64,000 nt of DNA, from positions 100,420,965-100,484,964 of the forward strand of contig NC_057718.1 of assembly GCF_004010195.1 (NCBI RefSeq). The letters are read 5' to 3'. This DNA is from Chiloscyllium plagiosum (taxonomy: Eukaryota). Numbering within the stretch: the first letter of the stretch is position 1; every line of letters starts with the position of its first letter. The position numbers were made by a program, and so were the translations under genes. This document shows, in pieces, positions 1 through 12,099 of this stretch. The notes under the pieces were generated by a model, which saw nothing but the letters and a program-made list of their open reading frames with translations, was not told the origin of the DNA and made no database searches.

Positions 1-59
1 ATAAACAATGGAAAGACCGTGAAGTCCGAATGACAAAGATGGGAAGTGAAAGAGATGCA

Positions 60-365
60 GACAGACAATGTGTGAGAGAGAGTGTGAGAGACAGAGAGGT
101 AACAAGAGAGTGATAGAAGGAGAGAGGTAGTAAAAGAGACGGTGAAAGATGGACCAAGAAGTACATCTAGAGAGAAAGATAGACTGTGGGACCGTGAGTA
201 AGACCTACGATCTGATAGCCATCAGAGAGGAAGTGATTGAGTGAAACAAACAGTGAGAGACTGGAAGATCGAGAAATTGAGAGAATGAGAGAGAGATAGA
301 GACATTGTGTGAGAGGGAAAGAGCTATGCATGGACACAGTGAGAATGTGACAGTCAAAAACAGAC
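60..365. repeat. Degenerate (GA)n/GAGAC-rich low-complexity tract
   Basis: Purine-rich gagaga/gacaga runs; the overlapping ORFs are S/L-rich artefacts. Confidence 0.7.
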
Positions 366-904
366 AAAATAATCGGGATAGCGAAGGAATATGAAGACTC
401 GTTGAAAGAAATGTACTGATTAAATCTGTTGGTGTTTTAAAATACATTATCACAATTGTTTATTTCCATTTGTTGCAATTAATCCCACTGTTCCTTAAAT
501 CGAATGAGTTCAGAAGAAATGAGATTGGAAAGTGGCTCTCGTGTGACCAGCTCGTGTAAATAGGAGAGCAAGAGTGATTTAACTGACTTTTCTGACAATG
601 TTTAATGATCAGCATTATAGGGCAATATGTTTGTTTTGCAATGAGTTCTGTTCAGGGTTTCTGTGCCTGTAATTCAGTGTGCTGGATTTGAAATGCTCTT
701 CTGAGTAGATGCTTTCTAGAGACTCATACCTCCCATTTTCACAAGACAATTGTCAAAGTCAGAATTCCCAGAGCTTCTCCCAGGAGGATAGCGAGTGACG
801 AATGGATGCTGACTTGTTCTGAATGGGTCATTCCAAATGCAGAGTTCGTCAGCACTGAACTGTAGCAGGAACTTTACTTGCTGGCTAGACATAGTGAGCC
901 TGGG

Positions 905-1081
905 TGAAAGTGAGGACTGCAGATGCTGGAGATCAGAGTGGTGCTGGAAAAGCACAGCAGTTCAGGCAGCATCCAAGGGACTGGAAAATCAACATTACAG
1001 GCAAAAGCCCTTCATCAGGATTTTCCTGCTCCTCGGATGCTGCCTGACCTGCTGTGCTTTTCCAGCACTACTCTAATCTAG
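905..1081. mobile_element. Short fold-back PLE-terminus element (family A) with hammerhead motif
   Basis: gaaagtgaggactgcagatgctgg...cttcatcagga followed by the inverted arm; TSD atagtgagcc(t/c)ggg at 891-904 and 1082-1095. Confidence 0.8.
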
Positions 1082-1239
1082 ATAGTGAGCCCGGGGCCAA
1101 TCCAGGACACGGTCTGGGTTTCAGAGACTGGTAAGGTTCTGAATTCTGCTGGGCACACATGTTTGGAAGGCTGGCACTGTGTTACAAGTGGCAACCTCAT
1201 ACTTCCGTTTATCAGCATCAGTCTCTGAGGTCTCAGTAA

Positions 1240-1512
1240 GTAGTCTTTTTCCAGGGTAGGGCTGTCCAGAACTCGAGAACGTAGGTTTAGGGTGAGAGGG
1301 GAAAGATTTAAAAGATTCCTAAGGGGCAACTTTTTCACGCAGAGGGTGATGCGTGTCTGGAATGAGCTGCCAGAGGAAGTGGTGGAGGCTGGTATAATTA
1401 CAACATTTAAAAGGTATCTGGATGGATATAAAATAGAAAGGGATATGGTCCAAGTGCTGGAAAATGGAACTAGATTGGGTTAGGATATCTGGTCGGCATG
1501 GACGAGTTGGAC
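1240..1512 (+). mobile_element. CR1/HER1 LINE 3' fragment
   Basis: Encodes RGNFFTQRVMRVWNELPEEVVEAG, the CR1 ORF2 C-terminus. Confidence 0.9.
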
Positions 1513-4479
1513 AACTCTATGTGCAGACAGGTTAAGTTGATGTTTTATGTCTTTTTTTGAAAAGAAAACCAAAAGTTCAAAATAAGCTCCTCCTCAGTAG
1601 GAAGACACCAACATCAGTAAATAAGATAGACTGATTGGGTGGTTCCAGGCTGTTCAGAAGTTCCTCTCCTCTCCTCTTCCCCTCAACGCAGAAAAGTGGA
1701 GAGTCTTTCACTTTCACTGATCCAGCCTCCTCAGAGGCAGCTCTCAGTGTATTAGGATGTCTGACACCTCTGTTTATTATTTTTTTAAAGTTATTTCCCC
1801 CCCCCACCACTACCACCTGAGAGCAATAGTGCTTATTTTTCCTCCTGCACCCATGTCGTGTGTGTGCAGGTGTCAGACACAGTGAAGTCGATGTTTTGTA
1901 AGAGGTCATTGCTAACTAATCACTAATCCATTTGAACGATGGCTGATTTGGGGTAGAACAATGTGGTGCCTGGGACAGGTAGCCAGTCTGATCACTTTTG
2001 GACAATTAAAGTTACCGTTGCTGTAGGAAAAGGCTGGGAAGGCAGCAGACATCTGTGCCAGGGGTTGTTGTAAAGCATGATGCTTCAGAACAGCAGCTAC
2101 CTGGTTTAGGAAGGAGCAGTTGCTTCTCAAAGTGTTTGCAATGGATGGTCTGTGCAGTAACTGAAAGACTGTTTTGACTAAGTTCTTCGACTCAGGTTTG
2201 AGGTTCACATCATTGTTACGGTGAATGGCAGGAAGATCAAAAGGAAGATTGGCTCTCTCCCAGCAGGTGAACAGCCTCGACCCAGTCTGGGAGCAGGTGA
2301 ACAGCCTCGACCCAGTCTGGGAGCAGGTGAACAGCCTCGACCCAGTCTGGGAGAGCTTGTGTGACCTCAAGTTGACCAACAAAGTGAATCCCCTCCCAGA
2401 TCCACACACCCAGCAGGTGGAAAAACTCTCCCTGGTGGCAGTGCGATTGATTTCCAGGATAGGATGGATGTCAAGGTCGACAAGGCCATGGCGATGGAAA
2501 ATGGGATTAGAATAGTGAGGTGGTTGTTTTTGATAGTGCAGGCATGATGGGCTGACAGGCCTTTGTCTGTGCTATAGACCTCCAATGACTTCACAACTGT
2601 ATACCACACATTACTACAATGTCCATACACCTCCCCACTGGCCCTTCTGTACAGCTGAATTTGACATCTTCCTTTTAGGTTGGTAGTCCCCATTCATGCA
2701 GAAATCCTTATTCAAGCCTCTGACAATTGCTGTGAGCTCCTGGCCAGTATTTTAACTTACTGCTTCTCCAGCCTGTACTTGCACCAAGTCCTGTTCATGC
2801 CCCTCTCCCCCCCCCCCCCCTCACCAGCATTGTCTCCTGGCAGGGCAGCAAATCGATTTCAGAATTTTCACCCTCATCTTTAAACCCCTCCATCGTTTTG
2901 ATTATCCCTCTCTCTATCATCTCCGTTTACATCTGTGATCTGCTGAGATCTCTGTCGTCCTCTGATTCTGAGCTTTTGCGTATCTTGAATGAATTCCCTT
3001 CAGATGCCTGGATCCTGAAACCCAAACTTTCCTCTCTAATCTTCTCCAACTCTCCACCTCCCTTCCTTTGAAGATGCTCCTTAAAGTCTACCTCTCAGAC
3101 TAAGTTTCTGACCAATTCACTCCTACATTTAAGGCAGGACAGTGGAGTTGAGGATTGAATGGCGGAGCAGACTCAGATGGGCTGAATGGCCTACTCCTGT
3201 TATCTATGTCTTATGGTCTTGCCTGTTCCACTATTCCCCTCTATCTGCCGCATTATGCTGTGAAAAACCTTGGGACATTTTGTTGCGTTTAGAGATCCTG
3301 TATAAATACAAGCTGTTGGTTAATGCACTAATGAAAGACTATAATGAGAGGCTGTCGCTGGGTCAAAGGCCCGGAATTCCCGCCCTAGCAACACTGTGGA
3401 TTTACCTACACCACAAGGTCTGCAGTGGTTCAAGGAGGCAGCTCCAGGCTGTTAAAAATGGACAATAACTACAGGACGAGCCAGTGACACCCACATCCCT
3501 TGAAATAATAAACAAAACTTCTCGCTCTAAACCTTAGATAGGCAGCAGCAGTGGTTAGAACACAGACTCTGTATTGATCTACTGAGTTATCAGAAATGTG
3601 ATGTGCCGTTTAGACCAGGGACCTCCCAACTTTAAGTCCTGATCGAGTGCAGAGTTAACCGTTCAGGAGTGGAATAGCTAAATTAGTCTCAACGTTGTAT
3701 TTATCATGGGTGATACATTTAAAAGGCTCACACTTAGTGACTGCAGTTTGCTGAGAGTAAGTGTGTGAACATTGGTGACAGTTTAGAAGCGTGCTTCCCT
3801 ACATGTTCAAAAGTCGGACTGACAGGTTCACAGATGAACGATGCTCACTTTGCTGAGGTGCAGTTATTACCTGTGGACTCATACCTCAGTACAGGATTGG
3901 AAGGGTAAAAATAAGAAAAACTTCAGAGCGTAAATATCTGTAAAAATGTAACAGAACCTTTGGTGTAGCACGAATAAGTTCATCCGATGTTTTCCCTGTC
4001 CTTGGGACCTCCTGCCAAATTCTTTGCATGTTATAGCATGAGTCGTAGTGCGTTAACCACTGAGTAACTGCTGGGAAGGAAATCAAAAGCACATCATTTC
4101 ATGCAAAGTCTATCCATATTTTGTAAAAAGTGACTACACTCATAGCAGGCAACACATTTACATCAGAATCACCAGCTTTCAGTTACTGTTCGGAAATTGT
4201 TTGGCTGTTAAGTTAATCACTTATAATGTCATTAGAATTTATGAGATTTGAAACCTAAGGGAGAGTGCTGGTGTTGTATGCAGCAATGAAATGTGCTTTC
4301 TAATCTTCCACCTGCTTGTAACATTGTATTTCTGGTGTTTTATTGCTGAGTATGAAAGCTATAAAAGTCCAAAATTTCATGAGAGATAGAGAGCAATATG
4401 ACACACTCCTGTTATTGTGCAGTCCTCAGCTGTGCTATGATTTACCATCACATTAGGAGCAAAGCCCATGCGACTGAAT

Positions 4480-5170
4480 ATTTGAAGCCTCTGCACCATC
4501 TACAAGGCACAAGTCAGGAGTGTGATGGAATACTCCCCATTTGCCTGAACGGGGGCAACTCCAACAATACTCACGAAGCTCGACACCATCCAGGGCAAAG
4601 CAGCCCCCGCTTGATTGGCCCCACATCCACAAGCATCCACTCTCCATCCACCACCAATGCTCATTAGCAGCAGTGTGTACTATCTACAAGATGCACTGTA
4701 GAAATGCACCAAAAACCCTCAGACAGCACCTTCCAAACCCACGACCACTTCCATCTTGGAGGACAAGGGCAGCAGACACATGGGAACACCACCTCCTGAA
4801 CATTCCCCTCCAAGCCACTCACCATCCTGACTTAGAAATATATCGCCGTTCCTTCAGTGTCGCTGAGTCAAGATCCTGGAAATCCCACCCAAGGGCATTA
4901 TGGGTCGGCTTACAGCACACGGACTGCAGCGATTCAACTGAACATTCCCCTCCAAGCCACTCACCATCCTGACTTAGAAATATATCGCCGTTCCTTCAGT
5001 GTCACTGAGTCAAGATCCTGGAAATCCCCCCCCCCCAAGGGCGTTATGGGTCGGCTTACAGCACACGGACTGCAGCGATTCAAGGAGGCAGCTCACCCCC
5101 ACCTTCCCAAGGGGCAACTAGGGGTGGGTAATAAATACTGGACCCAGCCAGTAATGCCCTGATTCAACAA
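4480..5170 (+). mobile_element. L2/CR1-clade LINE 3' end with internal 142-bp tandem duplication
   Basis: accatctacaaggcacaagtcaggagtgtgatggaatac (TIYKAQVRSVMEY) and AAVCTIYKMHC motifs; the same family recurs at 6690-7720. Confidence 0.75.
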
Positions 5171-6224
5171 GTAAACACAAAATAATGGACAAAGGTTCTG
5201 TCATAAAGACTTGGAACATAGAACAATACAGCGCAGAACAGGCCCTTCGGCCCTCGATGTTGCGCTGACCTGTGAACTACTCTCAGCTCATCCCCCTACA
5301 CTATCCCAAAATCATCCATGTGCTTATCTAAGGAATGTTTAAATCTCCCTAATGTGGCTGAGTTGACTACATTAGCAGGTAGGGCATTCCACACCCTTAC
5401 CACTCTAACTACGTGGTGAACAGACCTGCTCACCTTGCAAGTATAAAGCAGAGAATTTAATTTTTTTTTGCAAAGGCTGATTTTTTTGGGTGGGGGGTTG
5501 CAACTTCAGAGCAGTTTCAACAACAACAACATATATTTACATGGCACCCTGAAGTTAATGGATTGTCCCAAAGTAGTGCACAGGAGAATTATAAAATATG
5601 ACACAGGGCCACATAGGGCTTGGTTCAAAGAAGTAATTTTTAAACAGTATGTTAGAGGGGGAGAGACGGGCAGGGAGTGAAATAGGAGTGTATTGCAAAG
5701 GTTGGGTCTAGGTAACTGAAACCAAGGGCATTAATGGTGAAGCAATTAGCACAGGAAGCCAGAATTATTTGTGTAGTTATCATAGAGGGTTGTAACGTCT
5801 GAAGGAGATTCCCAGATTCAGGGAGGGGTACAAAGACCTTGGAGGGATATTCACTGAGGAGTTTGGGTTCTCAGCAATGGACATTTCCCAGGCCCATGGG
5901 GACCTGGACCTAGATCAGTTGGAGTGAGGCTGAGGTTGGGACTCTGATTTGTTCCCATCTCCGAGAAATCCTCTGGATGAGAGTCGATGCCGACCTCAAT
6001 TAGACACCAGCCCTGGCCAATAAGGAGCAATGAAGGTGGGGAGGGATCTGTTTCAGTCATCCATGAGTCAGGTTGAACTCTGACTGAGCCCGACAGCTCC
6101 ATGTTGGGCCATCGCCTGGCAACAAGACAGGGACCAATCAGAACCGAAGGCTCTGTGCTCCAGTGAGGAGCCTGACATGGCCAGTTGCAGCTTCAGGAGT
6201 TTACCATCCAAGACCAAGACACAC

Positions 6225-6330
6225 AAATAGAACACCAGTGCTTCACCGGACACTCGCTGGTGATGGTACCTAGCGTGGTGACGAAACGTCTGAAAACATA
6301 CCTTTCAGCTCAGTGAGCAAACTTAGAACC
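6225..6330 (+). mobile_element. PLE 3' terminus (family C) with decayed hammerhead motif
   Basis: ctggtga-tggtacc-tagcgt-ggtgac-gaaacgtc at 6257-6290, then a cagctcagtgagcaaac tail shared with 12790-13050 and 62465-62540. Confidence 0.65.
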
Positions 6331-6689
6331 TGAGCTTCAAGAATTTCAGATGAGTTTTTAACCCCTACCCCAATTACATTACCAGCTTTCCCTCATTACT
6401 TTTGGAATTTTAGTCATGTTTCCAAAGGTGCTTCCATTTTGAGCTCCTTCCTGCCTGACTGGTGCCCTGCTCTCCCAGCTCTGGGCCCTCTGAGTCCCCC
6501 TCACTTAGGAACCCACCCACTGTCCTTAATTAGACACTGACGCAGTCAGGAAGGCAGTCACTTCCCAGAAGGTCACATGCCAGAGAGTCCCAGACAGCTC
6601 CTTGTAGTTTTGGGATCACGAAATGCCTGAGTAGAATCCACCAGCGGAAAATGGGAATGGGAATCGGGAAGTAAACTCTCTGCTGGTTG

Positions 6690-7720
6690 GAGACACAAAG
6701 GAAGATGGCTGTGGTTGTTGGAGGTCAGTCATCTCAGCTCCAGGACATCTTCACAGGAGTTCCTCAGTGTTGATGCTTTTCTTTATTAAGCAGCCTGCCC
6801 AGATTTTTCTTGTAAAACCTCTGGTGAGTCTTGAACCTGGCTTAGAGATAGGGACACTGCCACTGCATCAGAAGCACCCTTCCTCAGAGTAGTGTCCTAC
6901 CATCTTCAACTGCTTCATCAGTGACCCTCCCTCTATTAGAAGGTCAGAGATTGGGATGTTTGCTGATGATTGCAGAATGTTCAGCACCGTTCGCATTGAG
7001 ATACTGACGCAGTCCTTGTTCAAATGATCTGGACAATATCCAGGTTTGGGCTCATAAGTGGCAACAAATATTTGTGCCACAAAGTGTCAATCAATGACCA
7101 TCTCCAACAATCAAATCATCTCCCCATGGCATTCAATGGCATTGCCCTCATGGAAACCCCCATTATTGACCAGGGAGTTAGGATTGATCAGAAACTGAAC
7201 TGGATAGCCATATAAATACTGCAGGTCTCAGGCTTGGAATTCTGCAGCATGTGACTTGCCTCCTAACTCCCCAAAGTCTGTCCATCATCTACAAGTCGGG
7301 AATGTGAAGAAATATTCCCCACTTGCCTGGATGAGTGCAGCTCCAACGTCTCACACAAAGCTCAACACCATTCAAGACAAAGCAACCTGGTTGATTGGCA
7401 GCACACTCTGCATGCACTCTCTCTGCCACTAACCCTCAGTAGCAGCAGTGTGTACCATCTACAGGATGCACCACAGTAAATCACCAAGATTTTCTCGACA
7501 GCACCTTCCAAACCTCTGACCTCGACAAGCTGGAAGGATGAGAATAACAACAACGTTTCCACATTCTACCTGAGCCGCTCACTATCCCAACGTGAAACAT
7601 CCCTTCACTGTCGCTGAGTCAAAATTCTGGAATTCTCTTTCGTACAGCATCGTGTGAGTCTACCTCTCCCCAGTGGACTACCACAGTTCAAGAAGGTGAC
7701 TCACCATCACCACCTCGAGG
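6690..7720 (+). mobile_element. Decayed L2/CR1-clade LINE, RT region to 3' end
   Basis: GVPQ and gggatgtttgctgatgattgc (GMFADDC) remnants; the 3' part is homologous to 4480-5170. Confidence 0.75.
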
Positions 7721-8364
7721 GCTGAGTAAATGCCATTTCCGTTGTAACGTGGATCAGTTGAAAACTCCAACCTTGCTGGCTTTGAGTTGTCACAAGGATT
7801 TTCTGCAATTTTGACCCAAAGCTCACACGTCATTTGTTTATGAAGCATATTTGAAGCAGAGGCATTATTTGAGCTGAATGGGGATGAAGCTGATTCTGCT
7901 CAGTAGAGCTCCGGTCTCCTGCCTGGCTGAAATATTGACATTTGCTGAATGGGAATCTGAATGGATTCTGATGTGGAGCTGATGCGTAGTCACAGCAATA
8001 TTGTGAAGGTGAGCAAATGTCAGCTGGGGCTTACTGAGGAGCACTCTTGCCTTTCTGTTAAAAGACTGTTAGTTGAGGTCCTGTCCCTGGGACTCAAACA
8101 CACAGTCTGCATTATACCTTAGTGCAACAGAAGTGTCACTTTCCAGGTTAAATATTAAATGGAGTTCCACCATCTGTCTCAGGATACTGTGAACACCAGG
8201 GGCTTTGTCTCCCGTGGTGCTGACCAGTGTTTGTCTATACAGCCACACCAATTTGAAACAAAATACAATGTAGACATTGTTGTTACTGGTGCTTTCTTAT
8301 AACAAGTTATTTGTCATGCTTCCTACTTTAGAAATATTAACTGTGTTTCAAAATATAATCTTAG

Positions 8365-9320
8365 AGATGTACAGCACAGAAACAGACTAATTTGTCCATG
8401 CCAACCAAATATCCTTTCTAGTCCTGTTGGCCCATATTCTTCTAAACCCTTCCTATTCATATACCCATCCAGATGCCTTTTAAATGTTGTAATTGTACCA
8501 GCCTCCACCACTTCCTCTCGCAGCTCATTCCATACACACACCACCCTCTGTGTGAAAATGTTGCCCTTAGGTCCCTTTTAAATCTTTCCCCTAACACAAA
8601 GCTAGTCCCTTTGTATTTCTAGAAGTTGTTCCTTGACTCAAGGATACTCTGTCCTTGATTTTTTTTCAGAGGGGCAATAAACCAGGCCGGGCTCCGAACA
8701 GACTGGATTTTGAGAAGCCTTTTGTTTGCAGATGAGACTTCAGGCCAAAGTGATCATGTTTTAGAAGTGACCTGTATAATAGAAGGGGCTTGGCCAGCTC
8801 ACTAGCTGAGCTGAGCAGTTTTAGTTCAGTCTTGAACTGGCAAGTTCAACAGGGAGCTTTGCGGAAACGCTCTCTCTCTCTCTCTGCCCTTCAACTTCAA
8901 CCTGTAAGCAGGTGTTCCATTTATACTGGTTTTTAAAGGGAATTTGCTTATTAGGACTGTTGTGTTTATTCAGAACAGCATAATTAACCCTCGTTTGGGT
9001 AGGCTGAGTTCTGTAGGGACTCTTTATTCTGTTCTTTGTGTTTCATTGTATAATTTTGTGAATAATGTTTTGTCTGTTTTAAAATCTAGTAGTCAACCGA
9101 GCTATCTTACTCTGGATAATTTTCACTGTACACTTACCAAAACAAATTGCAAAGTTATGGTCTGGGGCTGCCTGCTCAAGAATGTTTTGAGTGGCCTGGC
9201 CTAGTCCATAACACCCCTCTGACTTTAAACCTATGCCCTCTAGTTCTGGACCCCCCCACTCCAGGGAAAAGACCTTGGCTATTCACCCTATCCATGCCCC
9301 TCATGATTTTATAAACCTCT
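8365..9320 (-). mobile_element. CR1/HER1 3' fragment interrupted by a solo-LTR-like insertion
   Basis: VWNELREEVVEAGTITTFKRHLDGYM on the minus strand; the CR1 sequence resumes at 9214 (cccctctgactttaaacctatgccctctag). Confidence 0.85.
8593..9213 (+). mobile_element. Solo-LTR-like insertion (~620 bp)
   Basis: Flanked by cccct direct repeats (8588-8592, 9214-9218); ends ...ccataaCA; has an internal TATA-like ctgtataatag and (TC)n; no 5' TG. Confidence 0.6.
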
Positions 9321-9599
9321 CCGTGAACTACTCAATGCTTCAGGATATTTTGAGTTTGTGAAAGTTTCTTTATAAATACAAATTATTTTGACCAAAAGGT
9401 CGTTCACTCCCAGCTGTTCACACCCATTGTATTTTATTTCTGTATGTTACGTTGAAATTGTGTGGAAATCTGTAATGCAGTAGCTGAGGTAACATTTTCA
9501 TCCTCCCTGAATGCGCTTTCACTTTTCACCCCGAAACACTTTCTCTTTGTCCTTTGCTGCTCTTATGTGCGGATGCAGCAAGAAGTTAGAAAGGGAGTC

Positions 9600-11597
9600 C
9601 AGGTTGTTCTGCTATAACGCAACAGTTGTATTCCTCTGTAACCTCGCGCTGTAGAAAATAGCACAGGAGAATATTGATCTGTAGAAAATCGCACAGGAGA
9701 TAATCGAACTGTGGAAAATCGCACAGGAGGAAATTGTGCTGTGGAAAATCGTGCAGGAGAAAATCGCACTATGGAAAATCGCGCAGGAGGAAATCGCACT
9801 GTGGAAAATCGCGCAGGAGGAAATTGCACTGTGGAAAATTGCGCAGGAGGAAATCGTGCTGTGGAAAATCGTGCAGGAGGAAATCACACTGTGGAAAATC
9901 GCGCAGGAGGAAATTGTGCTGTGGAAAATCGTGCAGGAGGAAATCGCACTGTGGAAAATCGTGCAGGAGGAAATCACACTGTGGAAAATCGCGCAGGAGG
10001 AAATTGTGCTGTGGAAAATTGCGCAGGAGGAAATCGCACTGTGGAAAATCGTGCAGGAGGAAATTGCACTGTGGAAAATCATGCCGAAGGAAATCGTGCT
10101 GTGGAAAATCGTGCAGCTGGAAATCGTGCTGTGGAAAATCGCACTGTGGAAAATCGCACTGTGGAAAATCGTGCAGCAGGAAATCGTGCAGGAGGAAATC
10201 ATGCTGTTGAAAATCGCGCAGGAGGAAATCGTGTTGTGGAAAATCGTACAGGAGGAGATTGCACTGTGGAAAATTGCGCAGGAGGAAATCGTGCAGGAGG
10301 AAGTCGTGCTGTGGAAAATCGCGCAGGAGGAATTCGCATTGTGGAAAATCGAAAATCGCGCAGAATGAAATCGTGCAGGAGGAAATCACGCAGGAGGAAA
10401 TTGCACTGTGGAAAATCATGCAGGTGGAAATCGTGCTGTGGAAAATTGCGCAGGAGGAAATCGTGCTGTTGAAAATTGCACAGGAGGAAATCGCGCAAAA
10501 GGAAATCGTGCTGTAAAAATCGCGCTGGAGGAAATCATGCTGTGGAAAATTGTGCAGGAGGAAATCGTGCTGGAGGAAATCGCACTGTGGAAAATTGCTC
10601 AGGAGGAAATTGCATTTTGGAAAATCGCGCCGGAGGAAATCATGCAGTACGAAATTTTGTTGGAGAAAATTGCGCAGGAGAAAATCATGCTGTAGAAATC
10701 GCGCAGGAGAAAAACGTGCTGTAGGAAATTGCACTGTGGGAAATCGCGCAGGAGAAAATCACACAGTGGAAAATTGCACAGTAGGAAGTCGCGCAGGAGG
10801 AAATGGCGCTGTGGAAAATCCCGCAGGAGAAAATGGCGTTGTGGAAAATCCTGCAGGAGAAAATGGCGTTGTGGAAAATCCTGCAGGAGAAATCGCGCTG
10901 TGAAAAATGGCGCAGGAGAAAATTGCACTGGAGGAAATTGACCTGAATAAAATTGCGCTGGGGAGAATTTGCGCTGGGGAGAATTTGCGCTGGGGGGAGT
11001 TTGCACTGGGGAGAATTTGCACTGGGGAGAATTTGCGCTGGAGGAATTTGTGCTGGGGGGAATTTGCGCAGGGGAAAATCACGCTGCAGGGAATTGTGCA
11101 GGAGGAAATGGTGCTGTACACAATTGAGCAGGAGGAATCTGCGCAGGAAGAAATTGCACAGGGGGATATTACACTGTGGGATATTGGGCAGGTGAAAATT
11201 GCACAGGAGGAAATTTGCAATGGAGGAAATTGCGCTGCAGAAAATCGCACAGGGGAAAATCATGCAGTAGGAAATGGCACAGTGGAAAATCACGCAGTAG
11301 AAAATCATGCAGTAGTAAATCAGGTAGGAGGAAATCGCACCGTACAAAATCATGCAGGTGAAAATCGAGCTGTACAAAATAGTGCAGGAGAAAATTGCAC
11401 TGTAGGAAACTGCGCAGGAGGAAATCGTGCTGTGGAAAATTGCGCAAGAGGAAATTGCGCAGGAGGAAATCGTGCTGTGGAAAATTGCTCCACCCAATCA
11501 GGAGAAAGTTCATGTTATCCAAACAATATCCGCAATTCGACAATTGTGTTATAGCCAATTCGCGCTGACAAAACACGCGTTATACAAGAACAACCTG
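9600..11597. mobile_element. Tc1/mariner-pogo-type MITE hosting an expanded satellite
   Basis: TIRs caggttgttctgctataacgc (9600-9620) and gcgttatacaagaacaacctg (11577-11597), followed by TA; homologous to the 214-bp copy at 35332-35545. Confidence 0.85.
9645..11490. repeat. 15/30-bp satellite, consensus GTGGAAAATCGCGCAGGAGGAAATCGCACT
   Basis: Directly visible array; 30-mers built from two 15-mers; 16-bp G-rich variant near 10955-11070. Confidence 0.97.
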
Positions 11598-11640
11598 TAC
11601 AAATGTTGTTTAGTTGCAAGGGGGTAAGGAAGATAAGACT

Positions 11641-11782
11641 AGGAGAATGTGAGGACTGCAGATGCCGGAGATCCGAGTCAAAGAGTGCGATGCTGGAAAA
11701 GCACAGCAGGTCAGGCAACATCCGAGGAGCAGGAGAGTTGATGTTCTGGGCATAAGCCCTTCATCAGGAAGAGTTCCTGATC
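11641..11782 (-). mobile_element. Short PLE-terminus element (family A)
   Basis: gagaatgtgaggactgcagatgc...gggcataagcccttcatcagg. Confidence 0.75.
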
Positions 11783-12099
11783 TCCTTATTTCATAAATGC
11801 ATTGCCAACAGTTGAGAGAAGGTTCATTTGATTCATTCCTGGGGCGGGAGTGGTTGGAGAGTTACTTATTGAGGAGAGATTTACCTTGTATCCATTGGAG
11901 TTCCGAAGGATAGAAACGATTTTATTTGCATATGTATGAGATAGTGAGGGGGGCTTGACAGGATAACTATCCTGAAGATGTTTCCTTTTGTGATTGGGCC
12001 AAGAATGAGGACACGCAACAAAGTTTGGGTTGGAAAAATGGGAGGGCCGCTTGTTCAAATCTCTGCAATTACTGCTTCCGCATGAGCCCTGATATTGGT

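Noticed and set aside
9563..11627. Many long overlapping ORFs (up to 321 aa) in the 15/30-bp array
   Set aside because: The unit length is a multiple of 3 and several frames on both strands lack stops; the array lies inside a MITE and has no gene context.
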